The notes: generated by a model not told the origin, from the letters alone. A DNA stretch of 63,399 nucleotides, filler included, from Octopus bimaculoides (GCF_001194135.2; 9 parts of 9 records of this genome joined end to end with filler, not necessarily neighbours in it); one strand, 5' to 3'. Shown: positions 1 through 12,345, counted from the whole stretch's first letter. A program made the numbers and translations.

Positions 1-290
1 CGTTGCCAGTGCCCCAGGACTGGCCTGTGCGTGTGGCACATAAAAGACACCATTTTGAGTGTGGCCGTTGCCAGTATCGCCTGACTGGCCTTCGTGCAGG
101 TGACACGTAAAAGCACCTACTACACTCTCTGAGTGGTTGGCGTTTAGGAAGGGCATCCAGCTGTAGAAACTCTGCCAAATTTAGATTGGAGCCTGGTGTT
201 GCCATCCAGTTTCACCAGTCCTCAGTCAAGTCGTCCAACCCATGCTAGCATGGAAAGCGGACGTTAAACGATGATGATGATGACGATGAT
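1..290 (+). mobile_element. 3' end of an RTE-type LINE or RTE-tailed SINE with (GAT)n tail
   Basis: Ends in CATGCTAGCATGGAAAGCGGACGTTAAAC followed by (GAT)n. The same terminal motif, reverse-complemented, caps the RTE copies at about 300 and about 9960 and recurs at about 28500. Confidence 0.7.
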
Positions 291-298
291 ATATATAT

Positions 299-2150
299 CA
301 TCATCATCATCATCATCATTTAAGGTCTGTTCTCCATGATGGTATGTGTTGGACGATTTGACTGGAGCTTGTAAGCTAGATGACTGCACCAGACTCCAAT
401 TGTCTGTTTTCACATGCCCTTCCTAACACTTTACAGAGTGTACTGGGTGATTTTACCTTACATCAGCATGTGTGCTATTCATGTGGTACTGCCACAGGTG
501 CTTTTACATGGCACTGACACAGGTACTTCTTACATGACACTGGCATGGGTGCACTTTACATGGTGCTGGCATCGGTGCTTTATATGTGGTGCTAACATGG
601 GTGCTTTTTACATGGTACCAGTACCTGCAGGATCGCGAAGTTGCTTGCAAGGCAAGGACATCTCAGCTGAGAGAGGGAGAGGAACTTATGAAGGTGGCTT
701 TTTGCCAAGCAAGTGGTTGGAGTATGATAGAAGGTCAGGGATAGCTGTCTTAATACAGAGGAGGTACTTGGCTACCCCAATAGGACAAATAAGTAGAGAG
801 AGGTGGGGGGAGAGAAAGATAGAGACAAAGTGAGAGAGAGAGGGAGAGAGGGCCTATCCACAGGGAACAGTCGGTGGGGAAGTATAAGTAGCATAGAGGA
901 GATATCCCATAAGAGTGTAAAATGAAATATTTAGGGATAGAAAGTGATGCAGGAGCCTGTAGTGGGGGTTTGGGGGAAATGGTTGTGGGTGAGTTTTGCC
1001 AGAGGGGAAGGGGTGGGTTGTGGCCATAGAAGATGTGCCTGTATGTATGGATGGCCATAGTTTTACTTAACTTCACATATCTTTTCAAACAGCAAATATC
1101 AGTCCCTTATCATCTCACCAACGTTCAATATCTGAAGAACTTTTCTTACTACTTCATCCCATGTCTTCCTGGGTCTTCCCCTTCCACAAATTCCCTTCAC
1201 AATTAGAAATCAACACTTGTTTATACAGCTGTCTCATCGATACATATCACATGACCATACAAACACAGTCTTCTCTCTTGCACACTACATCTAATGACTC
1301 TTATACCCAGTTTTTCTCTTAAATCATTTACACTCTTCCATACATGCATGCTGACATTACCCATCCAGCAGAACATACTGGCTTCATTTCTGTCAAGTTT
1401 CTGCATGTCCTCTGCTATCACAGCCCATGTTTCACTGCTCTGTAGCATAGCTGTTCATACACAAGCATCATATAATATGGCTTTCTCTCTGAGGGAGAGA
1501 CCCTTTGTTACCTGAACCACCCTATTCTTATTCTAGCAACTATGCTTTCAGAAGATTCTCCTCCACTGCTAATTGGTTGTCTAGATCAGGGGTTTTCAAA
1601 CTTTTTGACTTGCGGACCCCTTTATATTTCAGGCTTTACCTTATAAACGCTTATGAAATTTATACATAAATATTTGCTTAAAATAACATATATTTTTACA
1701 TTTATTTATTTAACCGTATTTAACAAATAGGTTTATTGTCAATTAAAAGATTTCGATTAAAAAACATATATAAAATCAAATTGCCCATAAAAAGTATTTG
1801 CTGTCCACGGACCCCCTGTGGTCCGTGGACCACAGTTTGAAAACCCCTGGTCTAGATAATGAAAACTATCTACTACTTCTAAGGATCCCACTCCCCAGAC
1901 ATTTGAGGAAGTCTATTTTCTGTACATTCCTAGTGTTTATTATACCTGCACATCTGCCACACACAAAGACTACTTTCTGTGTTGACTTTCCTGCGATACT
2001 GTTGCACCTCTTTTATGTCCAAGCTTGCACTGGGTACACTGTATGAAGTTTCTACCTCCACCTTTTCTACATATGAAGCAGGGCTATTTCCCTGAAGGGA
2101 TCAGTGCTTTGTCTGTTTTCCTAGGAATACCATTCACACATGGCAGCGTG
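299..2150 (-). mobile_element. Decayed 3' fragment of an RTE-clade LINE, interrupted by a MITE
   Basis: (CAT)n tail at 299-320. ORF 1221-1448 (SSETWAVIAEDMQKLDRNEASM...LREKLGIRVIRCSVQERRL) is the post-RT region of RTE ORF2. 1084-1580 and 1858-2150 align by eye with the larger copy at 10240-11000. Confidence 0.8.
1587..1849. mobile_element. Non-autonomous hAT (Charlie-like) MITE, 263 bp
   Basis: Perfect 16-bp TIRs CAGGGGTTTTCAAACT (1587-1602) and AGTTTGAAAACCCCTG (1834-1849). 8-bp TSD GTCTAGAT at 1579-1586 and 1850-1857, matching the NTCTAGAN Charlie-type preference. Confidence 0.9.
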
Positions 2151-2299
2151 TGAATAATATTCTTAAGATCAACTTTTACTCACTCACATCCAATTTAACA
2201 CTTTACTGCTAATTCAGTTTTAGCTCAATCTTAATTCGGTTTTTTGCACTATGATGGACCAGTGGTAAGCTACATTTTGACATAAAATAATCGAAATTT

Positions 2300-3020
2300 G
2301 GTTCAGTAGAAAAAAAGTTATGATAAAAAATGTATAGCCAAAAATGGGAGAGTACTGCCTAATATTTACTTTGACTCGTGATTTCTCAGTTATTTAAAAG
2401 AAAAACTATACTTTAATTATAACTATTTAAAAGAACTCAATGAGTAGAATCTTTAAATGATATTAGATAGAAAAAAAGTTATGCAACCAAAAAATTGATA
2501 AATAACACCTAAAACTGACTTTGATTCAAAATATCTCAGGTATCTGAAAAGTGAACTATATTCTAATTATACCCTTCTAAAATAACTCGATGAGTAGAAT
2601 CTTTTGGTGAAAACCTTGTTAAAAGGTATTATGCAGCTTTAAGTGATGAAAAAACCTGGTAATTTGTTGTGTATATATATTCACATATGGCAGTAACACC
2701 TAAAATTGACTTTGTAATTTCTCAGTTATTTAAAAGAATATCTATACTTTAATTATAACTATTTTTAAAAAATCAATGAGTAGAATCCTTTGGTGAAAAC
2801 CTCATTAAAAGATATAATTAGAAAAAAAGTTATGCAGCTTTAAGTAGCCAAAAAATTGGTAAGTAACCCCTAAGATTGACTTTAACTCAAAATATCTCAG
2901 CTATTTGAAAAGCAAACTATACTTTATTTGTGTTCAAATGAAAGATCTCCACCAGATGTATCTTTTCTTGCTAACCCCATAAAAATATATCAAAGCGAAA
3001 AAAGTTATGCAGATTTCAAT
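2300..3020. repeat. Degenerate tandem array of roughly 150-190 bp units in A-B-A-B order
   Basis: TTTCTCAGTTATTTAAAAG at 2382 and 2718; AAAATATCTCAG at 2528 and 2889; recurring ATGAGTAGAATC and AAAAAAAGTTATG motifs. Confidence 0.75.
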
Positions 3021-3769
3021 AATTGCCAGTTGTAAATATCTGTCTTATATGCAATTACAAAGATACTTAAATGATAATTTATCTGTACAAGGCAATCAGA
3101 AAATCCAGTCTATAATTGTTTTGTTCTTTAGTTACCTTCTCTTCTAATTCATTTGATTCCTCATTGCTCATAATTAGGAGGAATTCCAACCACGTTTCAT
3201 GGTTCGCTACCTCAAAAGCTCCTTTATAGGGGATCCAGTAGCTAAAGACATCATCAGGAGAAATCACATCTGGTTTTGGCCCCTACTCCTCTACCATTTT
3301 CGACGTGGTGGAGCCCCTCTTTCAGAGATGTCTTCAGTTCTGGTGTCGAATATGTTTCTTCTTTCTCCCTTTTCCTTTTGTTCTTTGGTTTCTTCGATGC
3401 AGTGTCAATGAATGTCAGTGGGCGAATGATCATCCTGCCAAACTTCCCCATTAGATACTTGCTGGTAGGCTCCGCAGCCAGCACCAGCTAACTGTCACAT
3501 GACACTGTCTAAGCTTCAACTGACCAATGGATGGGAAGGGCATGTAGTTTTAGCCCATGTCCTATCTAAACCTGCCTTCCAACAGTGTTGTGTTAGTGTC
3601 ATTTCCAGCAACCAGAACCGACCATCTGTTTGGTGGTACAAGCCTTCGAACCAGGAGGAGGGTGTGCTATGAATGAGATCGCTACCTTGGCCCACCTGTC
3701 AATCCACAATACTGCTTAAGTGTCAGCCAGCCTCATCTAGCGATGCTATTTCCCAGTCGGCATGTTATG

Positions 3770-5085
3770 GCTTTCAAGCCATTTTAGGTCTTCTCATTTC
3801 AGCCATATATAGAAGCTGGCTTTGTCAACTGCCTCCTGTTATCCTCCTTATTACTTTTCTCAGCTCTGAGTTCGAAAATGCAAACTTTCTTTTAAATAAC
3901 ATTGCCATTTTCCTTTCAATGAAGCCTCTAGTCCCCACTGTCAGGTGGTAATACTCGACAGTCCATCTCTGTTCTCCACACTCTTCAATTAATCTCTCAT
4001 ATCTCTTCTCCTTCTGTTGCTCTGCTTTGGCAATGTTCTCTTCCCATGGCATTGTCAGCTCTAGCAAAATTCCAATTTTCCATTCTGTATTCCATAGGAT
4101 TAAGTCTGGTCTTTTTTGTTTTTATGAGTGGAAATATTAACAGTCTTTCCAAATCCACAGCCAGCTCCCAGTATCCCTTCTAGTTGTCGTGTTTCGTATA
4201 CTTTATTTGAAGGCCTGGCCTTATGTCCTTTTCCCTCCTTCTGGAAGTACATCCTTCTGCGCCTTTCTTCTTCCTCCTTTCTCACTTCGTGTACCACTGC
4301 CTCTTTCATCTCTTTTACACTACTCATGCAAAACGGCTTGAAATTGTGCAACCCTAAACTAGCTCTTGCTTCTTGTGTCACTCCAACTATATCGGCATGC
4401 CTTAGCTTTCCAATTGTCCTGTTTACTGCCTCTTCAGCTTTCCATTTCCTCCCTGTTCGTACCTTTGGATGGTTTACTCGGATGTTCTGATCTTTTGAAT
4501 ACCTTAGCATCATTACTGTCCTTGCTTTTCCTGCCTTATACTCTTCAGCGATTGATGTTATTGGTAGTTGCAGCATGGGTTTTCCATATACTTCAGTTGT
4601 ATTCAGTGGTTTTGGAAGACCAAACCATTTTCTGATATACACACTGCATCTTTGTTCCATCCTTTCTACTCTGCTTGAGGCTATTTCGTGCATTTGCAAT
4701 GGCCACATTATCCTTGGGTACAGTCCAAATTGTGGTATCCAACATTTGAATTTCCCTGATAACGTTGTTTTGTCAATTGCCTTTAGCCCCTGTTCCACTA
4801 AATCGTGTGTTTCTTTGCTTTGCTTCTTATCATTTAGTAAATCTCTGTACTATCTGCCGAGACTCTTTACTGGTTGTTCTTTCACCGTTGGTGTATCTTC
4901 ACCTACTATCCTGAATTTCACTTCTTTTCGGACTTCTTTCACAAATGCCATGCTTCGAGATATTTTGGCTTTGAATTTCATTTTTGCCCATCCTATTAAT
5001 TCATCCGACCGTTCTAATGTTCCATCTGCTGCTTCTCTGATTTTTAATAATACACTAACGTCGTCCATCAAAACCCTTAATGGTG
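3770..5085 (-). mobile_element. 5'-truncated HERO-type (R2-group, RLE-bearing) non-LTR retrotransposon relic
   Basis: Frameshifted minus-strand pieces: RT end (LMDDVSVL...KSLGR), GLYPRIMWPLQMHEI...VRTGRKWKAEEAV...LRHADIVGV, and endonuclease KRPDLILWNTEWKIGILLELTMPWEE...VGTRGF...ASFYIWLK. These match HERO-clade motifs as recalled. Confidence 0.8.
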
Positions 5086-6039
5086 TTGTATATAATTTTT
5101 TTTTTTTGCTCTCTTTTTAAAAAATTTTATTTCTCATAAATATTAATTTTAAAATTAATTCTAAATAGGCATATTTTATAATACTCAATGTAAAGAAAGT
5201 GTTCTTCAATTTAGAATTTCTAACAAAAATGAATAGGCATCAATAAGAAATGAAATAATACAAAAAAGTAAGCTAAATTTATTATTAGAATAAAAATTAC
5301 TAATTTTTCTGCATTGCCTGTGAAATAAGTGGACTAGAATGAAGGATGTGAGCAAGGAATAACAATATTCTTAAGTGTTTAATAAACCTGGAACGGTACA
5401 GGACAAGAAGTAAGCCTAAAATAAAAGAGCTTAAAATATTGCAGCTAAAATAAAATTTGAATAGGTTGTCAAATAAAATATTCAAATAAGCAAAGCCATT
5501 CAATACCAATCAACCATCTTTCACCCAAATTATTTCACTATTGCTTGACTAAATAAATTTTAAAGTATTTTAATACTAGAATGAAAAATGCAAGCAAGGG
5601 GTAGCAATATTTTTAGGTATTTGATAAACATGGAAAAGTTCCTGTTTCTTTGAGTTACCTAAATGTGTACCACCCAATTCACTAGCTTTCATCATCTCTT
5701 CTTTACAATGCTGTTTATATACTTTCTAATCTAATATCTTTAGAACTGCAATGCTCTGAAACTGTTCTTCTACCCTTGTTTTCTTTACAGTCAGTCTTTA
5801 GCTGAATATTTACTACATTAATCACACCATTCTAGATGGTCCATCTGAAGTTATGTTAACAATATCAACTCTTCAAACTAATTTTGTTTTTATTTTTAGG
5901 TTGTTCCTTTAATTGTTGAAATATTCACATTATTTCAATAACTGAAAATATGCTATATCATAGGTTTAGTCACAATTTTAAAAATGACCTTCATTGAGAA
6001 CCATTTTAGAGTTTTATATAATAATTCTTCTATTCTTAG

Positions 6040-6169
6040 AATTTTCTGCTGAACCACCTATGCCAATGTTTATTCAGCAAAAGGACTGGCAAGATGAATT
6101 AACACGAATTGATCAGAATCCTAATTGGTATGTCACTAGTGCAAATGAAAATTTTCAATTGTCTTCCAG
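6040..6169 (+). CDS. MTMR10-like: Internal exon of a myotubularin-related MTMR10/11/12-type gene: (E)FSAEPPMPMFIQQKDWQDELTRIDQNPNWYVTSANENFQLSS(S)
   Basis: Acceptor ttctattcttAG (ends 6039), donor AG|GTAAGA (6170), open 130-nt exon. Its phase joins exactly to exon 9156-9243. DW..EL.R....W.V...NE.F resembles the start of the myotubularin phosphatase-domain region of MTMR10/12 (similarity recalled, not searched). Confidence 0.75.
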
Positions 6170-6289
6170 GTAAGATTATGTAAATTTATGTAATGTTTTT
6201 AATCAGAACTATCTTTCGTTTAACTTTTCTTTGTAAACCAGGTTTCCTCTTTTCATGAAAGACAATGTTTATCCATATTTAATTGTTTT

Positions 6290-6950
6290 GATTCTGTAAC
6301 AGTAGAAAATATCACTATTAGACATGAAAGACTGGCTCAGTGCAAAGCATTCAAATACCTAGGCAACACTGTCTCATATAATGTACAACTGGACCAAGAA
6401 ATCATATGCAGAATGAGCAGAGCTTGTGCTTCATTTGGCAGGCTGCAGAAGAGGCTGTGGAAAAATAAGCACGTTTCTGTATGTGTCAAATGTAAGGTAT
6501 ATCAGGCTATAGTGCTTTTTTCCCTGTTGTATGGAACTGGAACACAGACAGTCTATAAAGCTCAAGTAGGCAAGTTATATGCATATATGGATGGGACAGC
6601 TATGATGAATCATGATTATTACTCTCTTTGACAAAATCAAGAATGAAGAGATCCTACAGCATGCTGGTCTACCTCCTATGTTGGAAATCCTTCTTGATAG
6701 AAATTTATTTTGGTTGGGTTACATACACAGGATGGACAATAACAGATTCCCCAGACAAATCTTCTGCTCACAACTATTCAAGAGAGAAAGAGACCATGAA
6801 AGACCTAGACAGAGATTTAAAGATATTGCAGAAAAGGAATTTGAAGTGGAAAGGAATTGATCATAATGGTAAGCTCAAGTGAAAAACTGACTAGTATGGA
6901 GAAAGCTTATCAAGTCATGCCATAGCCATGAACAATCATATTTATGATAG
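6290..6950 (+). mobile_element. Decayed RTE/BovB-like LINE ORF2 C-terminal fragment (intronic)
   Basis: ORFs RACASFGRLQKRLWKNKHVSVCVKCKVYQAIVLFSLLYG and KIKNEEILQHAGLPPM...WLGYIHRMDNNRFPRQI...RPRQRFKD are typical post-RT RTE motifs, with frameshifts. Confidence 0.75.
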
Positions 6951-8128
6951 CTGACTGCAGATATTACCATAAAAACCCATGTAATTTGCACATGTGTAAC
7001 TTACGCAGGTGATTTTCAGGATAAAAATTGTTGAAAAAAATTTTTGTTTAGCAGATATCACAAAGAAAGCTATTAAATTACAAAGTGTTTGTTTTGTTTA
7101 TAATAAACTTTATTTTACATTTCTTGCCCACAAGAGATTATATCCGATCTTTAGCATACTTCTGTATGTTTTCTCAAATTACGATCACAGAAAAAGTTGT
7201 TGATAAAACAAAGCTGATAAATATGCACAAGTGTTGCAAAATAAGTTTAATTACCAATAAACATCAGCTTGGCTGACACTTTACTCAACCGACAGGGAGG
7301 TAACTGATCAAACTGATTATGTAAACAGAATACTGATTGGTCAAAAGTGTCTTCTTGTCTCAAGCTCTGATTTTCTGCTAATTCTTGTCGGTACCTTTGA
7401 TATGGAGTATCAAAATTTTTATCCCTTTCACACTTACAAAATGTCAAGCAAATTTAAAAGTTTGTCATTACTTTTTTAGCCGGGAGGCCAAACTGATAGT
7501 TTGGTAACCCACTAAAATAAGCATTAAAAATCAAAGGGAGAAAATAAACAGCCTTGCAAGTTTAACTCAGTGTTTATTGAAACAAGTGAGGTGCAAAATT
7601 TAAGAAGCAACTTGTTAGAATATTCACGTCTGTGAGGAGACATAAACAAGAATAGCAAAAATCTACTATGCCAAAAGAACTGGTAATGCATACATTACAA
7701 GTGTTCTATGAAGAGAGCATAAAATTACTGTGTAATTCAACAGGAATCTGAAACGACATTAAACATTGCATAAGGTAAATGAAGGTTTCTGTAGGAACGC
7801 AAAGTCATATCCACTTAGTGAATTTACATGCGCAAGGATGAATTATGATGTCGTCAGCATTAGATGCAGTAAGAGCTGGTAGCAGCGATGTCGGGTGTGA
7901 TGAATTTCATTGTCTTAATACGGAGAAAGCGAGCAATAGCTTCCTGGAGGCAAATGCAAGCTAGACTTCTTAAGCGGAGAAGAACTGATCTAATTAAGAA
8001 AATTTCTGGGCTCAATTGCAATAGGTAGAAACTTCAAGCAATGTAAAATATGTCCTGGACCGTGATTACCAGCATGAACGTCAAACTTTAAAAGTAGTTA
8101 ACCATTTAATGATTTTAGTAAATTTTAC

Positions 8129-8338
8129 TCTCTTTTACTGTTTTACTTGTTTCAGTCATTTGACTGTGGCCATGCTGGAGCACCGCCTTTATAATCGAGC
8201 AAATCGACCCCAGAGCTTATTCTTTGAAAGCCTAGTACTTATTCTATCGGTCTCTTTTGCCGAACCGCTAAGTTACGGGGACGTAAACACACCAGCATCA
8301 GTTGTCAAGCGATGCTGGGGGGACAAACAGACACACAA

Positions 8339-8373
<35 letters not shown>

Positions 8374-8586
8374 ACGNNNNNNNNNNNNNNNNNNNNNNNN
8401 NNNNNNNNNNNNNNNNNNNNNNNNNNNNNNNNNNNNNNNNNNNNNNNNNNNNNNNNNNNNNNNNNNNNNNNNNNNNNNNNNNNNNNNNNNNNNNNNNNNN
8501 NNNNNNNNNNNGCCATGCAGTGGGACTGAACCCGGAACCATGTGCTTGGTAAGCAAGTTACTTATCCCACAGTCACTCCTACGCCT
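8129..8586 (-). mobile_element. tRNA-derived SINE, family A (GGCGCAGGAGTGGCTGTG head), spanning an N gap
   Basis: Reverse-complement copy of the full element at 62524-62922: A/B-box head, internal (TA)/(CA) microsatellite, tail ...CAGCATGGCCACAGTCAAATGACTGAAACAAGTAAAAGA. Confidence 0.85.
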
Positions 8587-9155
8587 ATTTATACAGAAAA
8601 TGTAGGCATTATACCGTCCAGCATAAATAAAAATCAACTTCATTATATTTTTTTTTGTAGAAACCTCTTCTGATATTAAATGAATCAACTTCCGGTATGA
8701 ATGTTTACATTTGTATGTCATTTTTCAACAAAAACAATTTCTAAAAAAATTCTGGAAATGATCTACTCATGTAATTTATGCACCCCCTAAAGTTTATTTT
8801 TGTTTTTGCCGAAAAAGTGCATAAATTACATGGGTTTTTACGGTAGTTGTTTTGATTAGTTAATTACTGAAAAACCAAGAGTTGTGTTCAAGAGATTGAG
8901 AGGAAACTAGAAGAATCTGTTTAGGGTATGAAACTATCTTCATTTGAAAATATTTTCTCAGGAACTGATTTGTATAGTCCCCCACTCTTTACGACATCAC
9001 CCTTATCTTTGTGGTAATTAACTCTTGAAGGAGAGTAAAAACTAATAAGTGTAAGAGATAGGCTGCAAATGGAATCTCGACTTTTTGTAATGTAATGATC
9101 TTAGATAATTATAATTCCTTTTTCATTCTTTTTTTTTGTTTCTTTTTTTTTTCAG

Positions 9156-9243
9156 TTTGCCTGAATATTTCATTATTCCAGAAAGTTTAAATAATGAAAG
9201 TCTTACTGAGATGGCCATGGCATTTGATGATCAAAGGCTCTTA
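9156..9243 (+). CDS. MTMR10-like: Next internal exon of the MTMR10/11/12-type gene: (S)LPEYFIIPESLNNESLTEMAMAFDDQRLL
   Basis: Long polypyrimidine tract + TTCAG acceptor (ends 9155), donor TTA|GTGAGT (9244), 88 nt. Completes the AG|T codon from the previous exon. LP.YF++P..L motif of myotubularins. Confidence 0.78.
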
Positions 9244-9949
9244 GTGAGTTTTTAACATTTTTAAATGTTGTTGTCAATTTTTCAAGTTTGTATAAGTAAA
9301 TTAAGTAATCGATTTCAAAATCTTTAGGCTGTTATTTGTTGATGAGAAATAACACTGCAGTTTTCTAAAATTAGCAACATAATCATTTTTGACTATTTTT
9401 TGGCATGTTTATTCTGATATTTTATTACTGTATATACATTGTCATACTATCTTTTGATATATTTTCTGACTATTATACATTAATGATCTGTGTGCAATAA
9501 CATATATGTTATTGTAATGTGATACCATTACAATATTTACAATTGTATCTGTATCTTACTAAATGTTATTTTTTTTTAAAGTAGACTAATACCTTTGACA
9601 CAGCTTCTATTCTAAAAGTAATCCTGAAGAAGACATTTACAGTTGTAAGGATATGTTTGTGTGCATGTGTGAGTGTTGTTAAATTCAACAGGATTGCTAA
9701 AAATGTATTACAGAATTTATTGGCAACCTTAATTTGTACTGAATGCATTAGAGATTAAATGAAGATATTATGAACTGTATAAAAATGTTGGGGGTATTAG
9801 CAAGTGGAAGAAAAAGTTAAGGCTGCGGACATTGGAAAAGATTCTATCTAAACTTGTTCACAAAGATCATTGAGAAAGAAAACTAAATTTTTATGACAGG
9901 ATCCTAGTGCTGTCCATAAACTAGAAATTAAGCTGACAGATCATTATCA

Positions 9950-12345
9950 TCATCATTATTATCGTTATCGTTTAACATCCGTTTTCTGTGCTGGTATGAG
10001 TTAGCTGATTTGACTGAAACTGGTAAGTCGGAGAGCTACAACAGGCTCCAGTCTGTTTTGGCTTAGTTTCTACAGCTAGATGCCTTTTCTAACACCCTTC
10101 ACTCCAGAGAGTGTACTGAGTGTCTTTTATGTGTCACCAGCATGGATGCCTTTTACATGTGACTGGCACTGGCCACAACTATGATTTCACTAAGCTTGTG
10201 CCTTCTCAAGTACAAAAAATTGTCAACAGTCTTGGTCACTTGTCATCACCTCCATGAGACTCAACATCCAAAGATTATATTTCACCTCCTCATCTCACTT
10301 CTTCCTGGGTCTACCTCTTCCATAGGTTCCCTCCACTATTAGAGATTGGCATTTCTTTATGCAGCTGTTCTCACCCATACGCATCATGACCATACCAGTA
10401 ATGTCTTCTCTCTTGCACACTACATCTGATGCCTCTTATACCCAATTTTTCTCTTAAGACATGCATATCCAGTGGAGCATATTAGCTTCATTTCTTTGAA
10501 GCCATCACATGTCCTCTGCTGTCACAGCCCATGTTTCACTGCTATGTAGTATGGCTGTTTGCACACAGGCATCATACAATCTGCCTTTCACACTGAGGGA
10601 GAAGCCCTTTGTTACCAACAAAAGTAGCAGCTCTCTGAACTTTGCCCTACCCGTTCCTATTCTAGCAGCTATGCTCTCAGAGCATTCTCTTCCACTGCTG
10701 ATTTGGTCACCTAAGTAACAGAAGCTGTCTACTAATTCTAATGAGCATTCGACGAAGTCTATTCTTTGTACATTTCTCATGTTTATTGTGCCTACACATC
10801 TTCCACACACAGACTGCTTTCTCTGTTAGCCTTCCTCTGATATTCTTCACCTCTTATGTGTCCATAGCATGCACTGTGTACACCTTTTGGAGTTCCTATC
10901 TACACCTTTTCTACATATCGAGCAGGGCCATCTTCTGGAAAAAATTTGTGATTTCTCAATTTCCCTCTTTACTAAGACTTTGGTTTTTGCTAAATTTATT
11001 CTAAGGCCCTTTGATTCCAGGCCTTGCTTCCACACCTGAAATTTTTTTTCTCGTTTTAGTTGTGATTCAGCTATAAGAACAAGGTCATCAATGTAGAGGA
11101 GCTCCCTAGGACAGCCTGTCTTAAATTCTTCTGTTATGGCTTGGAGGATTCTGATAAAGAAGACAGGGATGAGAACTGTTTCTTGGTGAACCCCTACTTG
11201 TACACTAAATTCATTGCCAACTTTTACCTTACTAATAGCATCCTGTACATGGCTTGTATGGCTCTCACCAACCACTCATCTATCCTAGCTTCCACATTGA
11301 CCACCAGATAAGGGAACAGGGAATTTTGTCAAAGGCTTTCTCCATATCAACAAAAGCCAGGTACAGAGGTTTATTTTGGGCCAAATACTTCTGCAGCTGC
11401 CTTAGAGGAATATAGCATCTGTGATGCTTCTCCCTGACATAAAACCAAACTGCAACTCATCTAGACTAACTCTCTTCCTAATTAGTTGAACTATGACCCT
11501 CTCTGTAACTTACATTACCTGGTCCAGCAATTTGATAGCTTTGTAATTCTTTCTAAAGTGTCACCTTTATCTTTGTAGCAGTTGACTATAATGCTGCTAC
11601 ACCAACCATTGAGTATGACTCCTTCATGGACAACCTGATTAACTATATGGATGACTAAACCATATCCTTCTCTGCCAGTTATTTTAAGCATCTTGGTGAT
11701 TCCTATTGGGCCAGGGGCTTTCCTTGTCTACATATCCTTCATAGCTATTAACAATTCGGATGGTTGGTTCCTCTCAGGTCCACATTAGGCAGACTCTCCT
11801 GCTCCCATATATTCTCTACATTTAGCTGCCTTTTATAATGGCATTCCAAGTCTCTTTCTTTGCAGAGTCACTAACTACAAGTAAACTATCATGCATGCAA
11901 ACACACTTCTCTCCTAAAACATCATGATTTTCCCTAACATACTATCTTGCAAACTGAAACACCTCAAGCCACTCATCCTCATGCCTTAGAACATTGGCAA
12001 ATCTCTTCCTTTCTATTTCTCCCCTGGCTAAGTATATCTACCTCCTAGCTGCCCTTCTAGTTACCTGATATAACTCTTTGCTACTGCTATCCTTTTAGTC
12101 CTTCAAAGCCTGTATCTTTGCTCTAATGGCTCTGTCAACTACACTGTTCCATCACTCTAGGTCTGGTTGAAACTTTGCACCAGCCACAAATTTGGTTTGT
12201 GGCTCTCAGTAAGTTCTTTCGTTGGAGCTTCCAGTTAACCTCTGTGTTACAAGTCTGTAGTTCTTCCTGCTTCTCATTAAATGCTTCGGTTAGGCCGTCT
12301 CTAAATCTCTAACTATTCAAATGATCCTTAAGCTTCCAGATCTTC
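9950..12345 (-). mobile_element. 5'-truncated RTE-clade LINE of about 2.4 kb with a decayed RT domain (intronic)
   Basis: Minus-strand RT motifs VGVHQETVLIPVFF and ELLYIDDLVL, then SCSESIAARI...LYDACVQTAILHSSETWAVTAEDM. (CAT)n-like tail at about 9945-9970. Many stops and frameshifts. Confidence 0.85.

Noticed and set aside
3180-3260. Minus-strand CTGATGA...GAAACGTGGTT hammerhead-like spacing
   Set aside because: Stem II and stem I pair for only about 2 bp, consistent with chance.
5900-5963. Strong acceptor ttttatttttAG suggesting another MTMR exon
   Set aside because: All three frames hit stops shortly after the acceptor.
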